64,000 nucleotides of DNA, taken from assembly GCA_050575255.1 (NCBI GenBank), contig JBNZDD010013522.1:822116-886115 (forward strand), in the 5' to 3' direction. A program made the translations under genes and the position numbers. How positions within the stretch are numbered: the stretch's first letter is position 1; every line of letters starts with the position of its first letter. Positions 10,787 to 22,700 of the stretch are shown in pieces. Source of the DNA: Harriotta raleighana (taxonomy: Eukaryota). Below the pieces are notes generated by a model. It had not been told where the DNA came from. It ran no database searches and saw only the letters and a program-made list of their open reading frames with translations.

Positions 10787-13700
10787 GTAAGTTCTGATGA
10801 ATGGTTGTGGTCTTCGAACGTTGACTCACTTTCCTTTTTCCATAGATGCTGCCTGACCTGAGTATTCCCAGCAATTTCTGTTTTTGTTGCTATGGTGTAA
10901 ATTCCTGTTTGTGTATGTGTGTGTGTGTGTGTATGTTTTAGTCACTAGTGTTGACTTGTCTATATTCAGAAATTGAATTATAATACAGTATGATTCTGAG
11001 GGACTACTGCATTGTTAAAGGTGTCAATCTTCGGGTGAGATGTCTAAACTGAGGTGTTGTCTGGGTTCATCTGTAATTTACATTGGACTGAAACTCTCTT
11101 CATTAAGAATTGGAATAAGAATTTAGGTTTGGGTGACAAGATTTTAATCCTGATCTACAAGAGTTTCAAAGCAATTTTGATAAAGCTTCACAGCCTTGCA
11201 CCAGTCCCATATTAAACTTGGTTATTAAGTATTTTCAGGCTAAACTGAAGGTAGTTATATAACCAGTTTTATATTTATTTCATGAACTTCCTCTGAAAGA
11301 ATAATCTGGTTTAGTGAGCGAATGAGAAGAAAAGTTAAGCACTATTCCTTTCAAGCCAGTAATTTTAAATATTTGTTTTTCCTGGTTTTGTTAGAAGAAG
11401 AGAAGAATAATCTTTGTAATTGATATACAGTAGTGCCAATATTCAATCCAATACAAAATTACATTTGTTTAGCGTCTTTCACGTCGGGAGGACGTCCCAA
11501 GGCGCTGTAGTGACTGTATTTTGAAGGCAGTCATGGCAGCCAATTTGCACACAACAATGTCCCCGAAAACAGCCACAAATTGAATGACCAATTATAATGG
11601 AAAGATTGTTGGCCAGGACAGACTTTCGACATACCTGCTTTGCAATCATTTGTCCCTATACACAATTAACAACAACAACAACAACAATCTGCGCTTATAT
11701 AGCGCCCTCCACGCAGGGTAGCATCTCAGAGCACTTAAATAACATTAGACTTTAAAATTAAAAAAACATAAAGCACAATTGTACTTCCACCAATCAGGTT
11801 TGGCAGATACCCAAGATTTATTGCCAACAGGATTACTCAACCCCATCTCTCTTCATTGATTAAAGATCCTTCTTCACATATCAGTCATTGTGTTTGGTTA
11901 TAAATCCACCTCCGAAGGGAATCTTTACCAGCCAGTTCAGCTGATGTTCCAAACATTACAGGGTTGCCACGTTGCATGAATAAACCATGCAGTCACACTT
12001 TCTTACTTAATTTGGATATTTGTGTTTGGTTTCATGTAAAAGTGAAATGTCAGCGGTTTGGACTATGTCAACGGTGCAGTTTGGAACAGAGTCGTAAGTG
12101 GCTGGCTAAGAATGAAGTTAGACCAAGGTTGCAATTTTCAATTTTATTTTGTGTTTGTGCTTTTTTACCTAAAAAAAAATTAGAATAAACTTGTATTTGC
12201 CAAACCTACTAATCTGGACTTTCCTATTTTCTAAACCACATTTGTCTGCTATTTTTACCTTTTGATTTGGGAGCCACAATTAATCTTGATCATTAATCCA
12301 AACTGGTGAGCTTTCTATGAATATGCGAGTTTTTTTGATTAATGGCGCAACTCTAATGGAGTTACAGACTCATTTCAAGTGATGCTTATTACTCAAGAGT
12401 GGCTGCAATCCAGGCCTATAGTTTGGAATCAGAAGTGATGGACACTGCCAGAGAATGTAGACTGAGATATCTGCCTGGAGTCTTGGGCCCTTCTGGGTGA
12501 TGAGTGAGCACCAGTTGGGCTGAAATCGAGCCAGTCTGCTTGGTGTACGGGTTGTGTTGGGATTTTCAAACTGGTGGAGAATGTGTATGGCTGTGGAAAT
12601 GATGCAGTGAACAATCTATTGAGGGAGGAACTGGAATACTCTTCACAGCAACGGCCACTGCCGGCACCAGATCAGCTGAGGAGGATGCGATTCACATGTA
12701 GCTGGGAGTGCTGTGTAATGATCCTCTACAGCAGCAGCAGTAACTTGCAATTAGGATCGATTGCGACATTCATGTAGGATGAACATTTCAAAGTGACTAT
12801 GGGGATGACCAGGCCGAGAGGAAAAGAGGGAGAGCTTGAAGGGGCTGACCAGTGCATAGTCAAGGATATGTCAAGGATATGTCAAGGAAAGCCAAAGAGA
12901 GAAGGAGCTACCCAAAGGGATTTGGGGAAAGAACTGAAGACCTTTGACTGGCAATGGTCACTGCATCTCTCTCCCTGACTCACAGTGAAACAAAGGAAGA
13001 TTGAAATTATTATTCTTTAGGGAGAGGATATTGAGGGCTAAAATAGATTGATTTAGCACCATCGCTCTTGCCCTACACAGGAGTGAATCTGAATGCAGGT
13101 CTCCTCAGAAATGTGTTCTAATCTACTATAACTTTGACTTAAACTGCCCTTATAATGGAGTACAGATTTACACTGTATAATGGATTAATTTTTCTCTTGT
13201 TTTGAAGAATGCAGTAACCCATCTACAGCACCAGGAAAGGAATGGGAAGAATATGTACAGATCCGAGGTCTGGTAGAGAAAATCCGGAAAAAACAAAAAG
13301 GTATTTATTTGATGGCTGATTTTCACTTTAAAACCATTCTTGCTTTATAGCTTTGTATCACTACCAGATTCAATATCCAGCAATGTAACCCAAGACGTTA
13401 ATATTAACGGTACTTGCATTTGATGCATCACCTTATCACATTGTTGAGACGTCTCAAAGCACTTTGTAGGATACACTGTAAAGTGTAGTGACTGTGTATT
13501 TTGTGAGCGACATGCAACAGCCAATTGCGCACAGCAGTGTCCCACAAACAGTTGTGGATTGGTTGACCACATTATTGTGTTTTATTTTGAGGGATCATTA
13601 CCTCCAGGGAAGTGATCCGCCAATCAACTAACAACTGGGTTCTTACTTTGTTGTGTGAAGGCTGCTAGATATAATGCAAGTTGTTGATGTTATATCGTAA

Positions 13701-16700
13701 AGAGATGCAGATTTGAAATTGCCATGCAGTAATAGAATAGAATAGTAGGGAGAGAATGATTGACACTGCCCCACTTCTCCTCCCAAGGCTGATGCTGAGG
13801 TGACAATTCCGAGGTGAGGGGGACAGTAACACACTGAGGGGTTAGGTGTTGTGTTTCATGAAAATAGTACAGTTTATCAACATTGTGTTATCCTCATGGT
13901 GTACTACTTTAGAACAATGGAATTACACTTCTATAGTGCCTTTCACCTCAGGAGGATGTCCCAAGGTGCTGGACAGTCATTGTTTCAGACCCGAGCTGGA
14001 GTCGGACACCGGGAAGGTGGAGGGAAAGTGGGGGATTTAGGGTGACCGATGGGACCATCGAAGAGAAGAGTCTTGAGGAGGGACTTGAAGGAGGCTAGGG
14101 AGGGGTGAAGAGGAGGTACTTAGGAAAAGTAGTAAATAGCGAGGAGAATAGTAGCAGACTGCAAGAGGACATAGACAGAATGGTAAAATGGGCAGACACA
14201 TGGCAGATAAATTTAATGTGGAGAAATGCAAGTTGTTATATTTTGGGAGGAAGAATGAGGAGAGGCAATATAGGCTAGATAATACAATCTTAAGAGTGGG
14301 TGAAGGAATAGAGAAACCTGGGGTTCATGTAAGTAAATCGTTGAAGGTGTCAGGACAAGTAGATAAGACTGTTAAAAAAGCATTCAGGATTCTAGGCTTT
14401 TTAATAGTAGCATAGAGTACAAAAGTCAGGAAGTTATGATTAACCTGTATAAAACTCTGGTTAGGCCTCAGCTAGAGTACTGTGTTCAGTTCTGGGCACC
14501 ACATTTAGGAAGGAAGTTAAGTCATTGGAAAAGGAGCGGAGGAGATTTACCAGGATGCTACCAGGAATGAGGAACTTTGGGTGTGATGAAAGGCTGGAGA
14601 GGCTAGGATTATTCTCATTGGAGCAGAGAAAGTAATGAGGAGACCTGATAGAGGTTCATGTGGAACTAAGTGTATTTTGTTCCAATGTGGGTTCCTGTCT
14701 TGGTTCCTAAATAATTTTGTTTGCATCCATTTCTAGGATTATCAGTTGTCTTTGATGGGAACCGAGACGATCACTTTGCTGAATTAATGGAGTGGGGTGC
14801 TGACTGTGGAGCCTCAACCGAAGGGTTTGAAATTACTTATTTCACTGAAGAGGGATACGGGTTAAAGGCAACGAAAGACATCAAGGTTTGTATCTTCTTA
14901 CCTTTCTACTCTTTCTGTGGAGTCCTGTAGCGCAATGGTTCGAGCACTTACCTTACAAGCATGAGACTTGTGTTGGAATCCAGGCAGGTCAGGGCGAAAC
15001 CTTGGGCAGGTTTCCTTACTCCACATGCCTAATAATAATCCCTCCAAAAACACCACAATAATAAAATTGGTCATTTCAATCCACGACTGTTTGTGGGACA
15101 CTGCTGTGTTCAATTGGCTGCCGCATTTCGCCCACAAATATACAGTCAATTCACTTTACAGTATATTCTGTGAAATGCTTTTGAGACGTCTAGAAGACAT
15201 GAAAAGCGCTATATTAAATTCAAGAATTATTATTAGTTATTATATTCTACCTTCCTCAGCTACATTGTCCTTCTTTGCACAGAAGGCATTTGCAAGTGAC
15301 CCTTTTTACTTCAAACCATCCCTGCTGGGTGGCTTACATAACCTACCCTTTCTTTCTTTGTTTCATACAACCACAACAACAAAATTATATTTATAGAGCG
15401 CCTTTCATGTCGGGAGAAAGTCTCAAGGCGCTGAGCAGTAAGGGTTGGGACCTGAGGAAGGGTGAGGGGCAGGGTGGGGGGGAGAGGAGCGAGAGAGTTG
15501 GGAGGGCGCAGCTGGCACGATCGAAGAGGAGGGTCTTGAGATCTGTGTGAAGGAGTCAAGGAAGGAAGCAAGGCAAAGGGAATGTGGGATGGAGTTCCAG
15601 AATATGGGGGCAAAGAGGCTGAAAGCCCAGCCACCAATAGGAGGGCGGGTCGGGCGGGGGACATGGAGTAGGCCAGAGCACCCTGAACAAGAGATTTTTT
15701 GAGATTTCCTCCCCATTCCACCCGGTGCTATAATAAATGCAGAGATCGGCAGCTTTGCATGATCAGTGCCTGATAGACCCTGTTATGTTGCAGCAAATAT
15801 GTCCTGTGTTGGTATTGGGATGCAAGGTTCTCGAAGGTTTATGGCAGGAACTCTTTCCACTCCACTTGCTGTCTGAAGGCGGTTGTCTGAAGGTGAAGAG
15901 CTCTCGCCGAGAGAAAGAGCAAGGAAATAGGAACTAAAATATACATTTCCTGACAAATCCTCAGTCCTATCTTTGACTTTGGACCAAAAACACATGTTGT
16001 TTGTGTGTGTGTGTGAGTGTAAAGTGGAGAATGTATCACAAAATATTGTCCCCCAACTAGAAAAGTTGATACTTGAGCCTATTCCTGAACTCACTTACTT
16101 CAATTGGGCATGGTTTATGTTTGCTCTCAGCTGAGTCATTTTGTGCAGCACCTCAGAGAAGTCAGCTGCTCTGTCAGGGGAACAAAGGAAGTTGATTTAT
16201 TTGAACCAGTCTAATGGCCTCGTATGCTGAAACCTTTTGGCAAATCTTTTTCTGAATAACGCAAACCTTTTCTGATTGTTTTAAGATCAATCAAAATGAT
16301 GTCTCCTCCCCTGTCCTACTTTCCTCAGAGGGTCTGATTACATTATTGGACCAAACATCATACTGTCTAACAGGATTAAATAGAAAATGTACTGGATTGG
16401 GAGTTTCAGCGAAGATTCATACAAGGAATTAACTTCAAGGTTGACGGGAATTTGCTGCAGTTGGCTGAGGAATCTAGTTGACCAATAAACAAGCTTGACA
16501 CTGAGCCAAACCACAAAAGAATGGAGTGATCCCGGCTGCTGTGAATAGCAGTGGCTCTTTATACCACCAGTGGCTTTCATTACACCACATCAAGATGTAG
16601 CTTTGAAAGTAAATCTGCATTGGATTTGTTTGGCCCAACTTTGCAAATGTGGGGAGAAAATAGTGAAGGTATCATTTACTAGCCAGGGGCCATAAATTGC

Positions 16701-19700
16701 ATTTTTTTTTCAAAAAAAGGCCGTTTTCTAGTTTTTTTTTTTGTTTTTAGCTGGTTAGTCTCATACTGTGGGGACACCAAGCTTTAGCTTGTGCCAACAT
16801 GTGCAAAAGTACTCTTCGGAGTAACACCCGGCTGACGGGGAGTGGGGGGAAGACTATAAACTCTTTTAAAGTGGAATACAATGGGCAAAAGTGAAGGGGT
16901 GGGTGTGTGTGTGGCCAGTGCAGGAGGATGGAACTTGAGGAATCCCACATTATATACTCTCAAGCTATACCCTTGAGCAATTCCAGATATAGCTCCAAAA
17001 GGAGTGACATCTACCCCCCCATTTATACATCTCTCACAGAAAAAAACGCTCTAACTACTTTGCTGCAGCAGCAATCCTGAGCACTTCATTTATTGATTTA
17101 TTTTCCTAACATTCATTGATTTTTGTTTCCCCCAGCTTCTAATGATATTTTTCCAAATTAATTTATTTTAAAAAGTTCCCGAATTTCACACTGTAGAACA
17201 CAACCAATAAGATATGTAAATAGGAGCCTTGAGTTCCTCGCATTGAGAATCTTTTGAAAAGTGGGTACAAGACTGAGACAGGTTAGGTTGCAGCTTTCCT
17301 TGTCCAATGTTTAATCAAATGAATTGCTGTAACTTGGCAACGCTGTATGAAATCAGCAAATGAGCTGGGAAGCTGGAAACTCCTGACAATGTGGCTTCAT
17401 TTACTTATAATCTCGGCTGCGTTTCCTTTGTCAATTATGTAGCCATGTTTGTTGTTCGACTCGAGTGATGTTCCCTTTTTTAATTACTTGCTGGTTCTGA
17501 AAGAACATTCATGTTGAAAACAAGTAGTTGTTTGTTAGACTGGATACACAGACCATAATTGTAATAAATTTGAATTTGTCCATCAATTCAGCAGCAAATG
17601 TGTTTTGTGAGGCTTTCAGTTCTCTCAAACCGTGCCAAAATGCGGTTATTTTTAGCATTTAAACGCTGCCAGTTTATTATAGATGTTTTCTCCTTCTCCA
17701 GCAACTCTCACCTACAAAATACACAGGCATAACACTTTGTGGTAATTCCTGTGAATCATTTTGAGGTGCCCTTTCGATGTGAAGGGAGCTGTACGAAATG
17801 CAAGGATTATTATTGTATTCCCACATTTTCATTCTTTTGGGTCAGTCGGGGGTCTGACGCATATCGCTGAATTGATGGACAAATTCAAATCGATTCCAAT
17901 TATGTCTGGCATCTAGTCTTAACTAGCCATATCACCATGCTTAAGAGTATCCAAACCAAGCTGAGTTCCAACACATCTCATGCTTATGTGTTGGAATGGG
18001 TGCATATTCATTTTAATGCATATTTTCACAACCCTCTATGTGTGAAGAAATGTTTTAATGATGATAATAATAATAATCCTTGACAATTGATTTAGCGTCT
18101 TATCACATAATTGAGACATCTCAAGGCGCTTTACAGAATATATTGTGAAGTTAGTGACTGTATTTCGTGAGTGAAACCACCAGCCAAATACGCATAGCAG
18201 CGTCCCACATACAATCATGGATTAAGTGACTTTTTGTTTTAGGGTATATTACTCCTGAAAAGCTATCTGCCAATCAAATAATGACTGGGTTTACCGGGTC
18301 CTCTCGCTTGTGAGGCGAGTGCACTCAACACTACGCTACAGGACGTTCTTTGCGTTTACACTGCTACAATAATCCGCGGCCAGGGCTGGGATTGCAGAGC
18401 TTTCAGCCACTTCGATGTGCAGTCGTCCTGTTGGTTGTCTTTCAGAATGAAACATAACCCGCCCAGGCACATAACCCATTTCTTAAAACACACACTTGTT
18501 TTGTTCAAAGAGATGGGAAAACCTGATTAGCCGTGTGCTGTAGGTTGTACTGGCAATACAGTGAAGCTCCTGTGGCTCAGTGGTTAGAGCACTCGCCTTA
18601 CAAGCGTGAGACCTGTGTTCGAATCCAGGCAGATCAGGGCAAAACCTTGGGCAAGTTTCCTTATTCCATACGCCTAATAATAATAATCCCTTCAAAAAAA
18701 CCACAATAATAAAATTCGTCATTTCAATCCACGACTATTTGTGGGGGACACTGCTGTGCGCAATTGGCTGCCGCGTTCCACCCACAAATATACAGTCAAT
18801 TCACTTTACAGTATATTCTGTGAAGCGCTTTGGGACGTTGATAAGATGTGAAAAGTGCTATATGAAAATGCAAGGATTATTATTATTATGTTGTTGCTGC
18901 TGCTTTTGTATTGAGAAATAATAGGTGACTTGGAACAAGCTTGGAGTCATTCATTTTTCCTCAATTGATTCAAATGGTAACATTACATTCAAATTGACTA
19001 ATAAAGTTTGCACTCCACCTCAGTTTACTTACTGAAAATCAGTTTCATTAGGTCAGGACTAAATTATCCTAATTTGATGCAATTAGATCCCATTACCCCT
19101 GTACAATGTTGTTTCCTTATTACCATTTCTTTCAACTAAAATTAACTAGGAAAATATTGTAAGCAACATTTGCTTAAGTGTCTAATTAAAATGTTGCCCA
19201 AGTATAATTACTTAGCTAGTTTGGTTTATGGTCAGTAGTTCCTTTCCGGTCTCTTTTCTCCAGGTTTTGTAGATTTACTGGTCCATCCTGCATTGAATTA
19301 ATTCTTTTTATGGTTCTTCTAATTGTGAATGGACAAAGATGCAGCTCACCAATACGTTATTAAAAAATTGCAATAATTATTGTCTTAGATTTCCTAGGAC
19401 TCTTTCATTGCTCTTTTATGACGACTCGTATTGTTTTACTGAGAATTGATCACATGCTTGATAACTGAACTATTGCTATCGAGTCGTTTTCTTTGAACTT
19501 TGTATTCATTGCTGTTATGTGCTTGGACCAAAGAGGTCAGTTGTAACTTGTTTGTTTGTGCCTATTAGGCAGAAGAACTCTTTCTCTGGATCCCCCGAAA
19601 AATGTTGATGACTGTTGAATCTGCTAAAAATTCTGTGTTGGGTGAGTAATGCTTTTATCAGAATAGGTTGCTCATTAAGATGCAATGACCTGTTGTTCAT

Positions 19701-22700
19701 TTCAGTAATTTAAAAAAACTAGTTTTGCAAAATATAAACCATTTGATAATCAAGTGGCTTTAACTCCCAATAAACCTCTTTCTTTGTGTTTCTTTGCGGG
19801 GGTGGGGTGGGCTTTATAAGTTCACCACCTTGAGTGGTACACAGCTGCCGGCCGAGCCAACCTAGAGCAGCAAGGCCAGGTACCAAACTATTGAACATTG
19901 TGGTCTACAGCATCAGCAGGAATTTGTGCAATACTGTAGCTCAGTGGTTAGCATGCTAACCTTGGAAGTGAGAGGACCCAGGTTCTACTCCCGGGCAGGA
20001 CAGAGCAAAATGGGCAAATGCCCTTACTCCACACGCCCCTGTTTAAGTAAGAACCTAGGTGTGAGTCGATTGGTGGATCGCTACCTGGTGGTAATAATCC
20101 TCAATCCACCACTGCTTGTAGTATACTGCTGTACACTGCGGTTTGCCCACAGTCAACTAACTGTATCGTGTATCCTATGAAGCGTTTTGAGACGTCTCAA
20201 CGACGTGATAAGGCGCTCTATCAAATGCAAAGATTCGTATCATATTATCCATTGGCATCCCTGAGTCAAATGACCAATTTAGACACTAAATTTTATTTTG
20301 ATGCTGGACAGCCTATGGGATTTGAGACTTCAGAAGTCAGCTCTGTGAACTCCAGACGGTCGTTTGGATTATTCAGATGTCCTCTAAATTGGATCCGACT
20401 CCCATTTTTGTGATGGGAATTTATTAGTCTGTACTTGAAACTAATGAGAGTACTGTATTGCAGAGGCCTGTTAAGAGCAACTTTGTTTAGCCAGTGTAAA
20501 AATTTATCAAAAGGCTTTGAACCTGTGTCAAAATAATAGTTTATCCCATCTTTATTGGAGCTTGTGCTAGGATTATTCAAAGCTCTTTCACATTTCTCAT
20601 TAAAAAAAGAGCAACATTCTGCTATTGGACGCAAGACATTCTGTGTCTGATTGCTGATGGCTCTCTGTGAACGGAAGTGAAAGATTCCCGCTGGGAATAA
20701 GCAGGAACAATGTTTCCTGGCTTCATTATATTGTGATCTTTGGGGAGATCAATAAGTATTTCCTTCTTAAGAGAACAACCATACCAGATCATTTGTGAAG
20801 TCTTGACTTTGCCTCTACAAAAGCTCATTACTCAAAATCCTGAATCTATAGCATCAATATTATACTCTTTTCATGTGTATTGCCTTCAAAATCCTCTCGA
20901 GAACTTATCTGCTTGACTGTACCTTTGGTCATTGCCCTCAAACTCTCTGTCCTTCTCTCCCTCCTCAGGGAGCCCCATTAACTTTGTGAAGCAATTTTGA
21001 TCCGTTCATCTTCATGAAGAGTGATAAATAGGTGGTTCCGGATGCTGTGGGTAACTGAACAAATGATCCGTGCATTTGATACAGCATCTTTCATGACAGA
21101 AGGACATCTCAGAGGACCTCGCAGGATGCATTGTAAAGCGTAGTGACCTATGTATTTTGCATCAAATAAAACGAACCTATGCCTGGAATGAAACACATTT
21201 ATTGGTGGTCCACTGAGTTTGGGAACAGAAAGGGAAGGTTCAAGCTGAGCATTTTGAACCTTAAAAGATTTTTGAATGCGATTGGTCATTTCTCAGAAGT
21301 TCACGTATTTCCAATTTGGTGACCTAATGCGAGTATTTAGTCGCGTTTTTTTTCCCACCTTAGTTTAGCAATGCTAACAAATTTTTTTTTCTTGTTTTAC
21401 ATCCAGGTCCCATCTATGCTCAAGACCGGATTCTGCAAGCTATGGGCAACATTACTCTTGCTTTCCATCTGTTGTGTGAACGTTCAACTCCCAATTCTTT
21501 CTGGCTCCCTTACATTAAGACGTTACCTGCTGAGTATCACACCCCGTTGTATTTTGAAGAGGAAGAGGTGCATTACCTTCAATCGACACAAGCCATCCAC
21601 GACGTCTTCAGCCAATACAAAAACACTGCTCGTCAGTACGCTTACTTCTACAAGCTTATCCAGGTGAGTTTAACCTGGCTGCCCATTCTGTTTCGGTTCA
21701 GGACAAGTCCAACAGAGAGTAATTTAATCATTGGGTTTGCTAACGATTGACTGGATGGACAGTTTGGAAGACTTGACATCTAGTCGTTTGTCATTGTGTG
21801 GAGGGTGCACACACGTGAAGATGGAGGCAAAGTTGACTCCCGTTTGGTTTTTATTTCTGATACGCCTAAAGAGTTTCATCAGGCTGCTGCTTTTTTTTAA
21901 TGCTTTGACATGGGAGTGGGATTATACAGGGAAATCATAAGTGCCATCAGGCAGTCAAGGTCAAACGACATGTGGAGACATCTGTATTTTCAATTTTGGT
22001 GTTTCTAGGCTCGGGGGAATCACCGGCCTGTCTCCATTTCTGCCTTCAGTGACTGCACGTAGTTTAGAATATAACACAATTACCAGGCGTAATTTCCAGC
22101 AAGCCAACAGTGAAATCACCTGAATCCAGTATTTTCTAATTCAATTAACCAGTTTGTGTGTCGTTAGGGGACTTTACAAGGCCAATTAATGAAGTAGTAA
22201 TAATGAACTCGGAGGCAATAGGTGCTCTGCATAGTAATATACAAGGTGAGCAGCGCAAAGGCAGGGAAAACCGGCAAGACTTGTGACGGAACCGGGTTCT
22301 TTGTGAGATTGGCTGTCAATGTCCTGTTGGACACTTTGGGCTTGGCTTCAGCCTCGCGACTCGAGGATCAGTGGTTGTGAACCCCTAGTCCAGGCTGACA
22401 CTTGGAGGGCAGTATTTTGATTTGCTGGAGCTGTGCCGCCTTCCAGGTCCCTCCAATGGATGTTACTTTTCTTTTCCTCTGGGTGAGAATATCTGTGTTC
22501 GAAACCTGCACCAAGAATTTGAGGTCAGAATCTTGGCTGACACCCCAGCGAAGAACTCAATGGGTTTAATTTCCCTGGTCTGGTGAAGGCGGATGGCAAG
22601 GTCACAAATCGCATATGAAATGGTTAATGGAAAGCTCTGGGACTCTACCCTTTGTGAAGGGCGCATGTTGTTATTGTTTGTTGTTGTATCTGTCGTTTTT

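Noticed and set aside
18566-18640. tRNA-Val(TAC) gene
   Set aside because: The T arm and acceptor stem are imperfect and it runs directly into the SINE body; this is a SINE head
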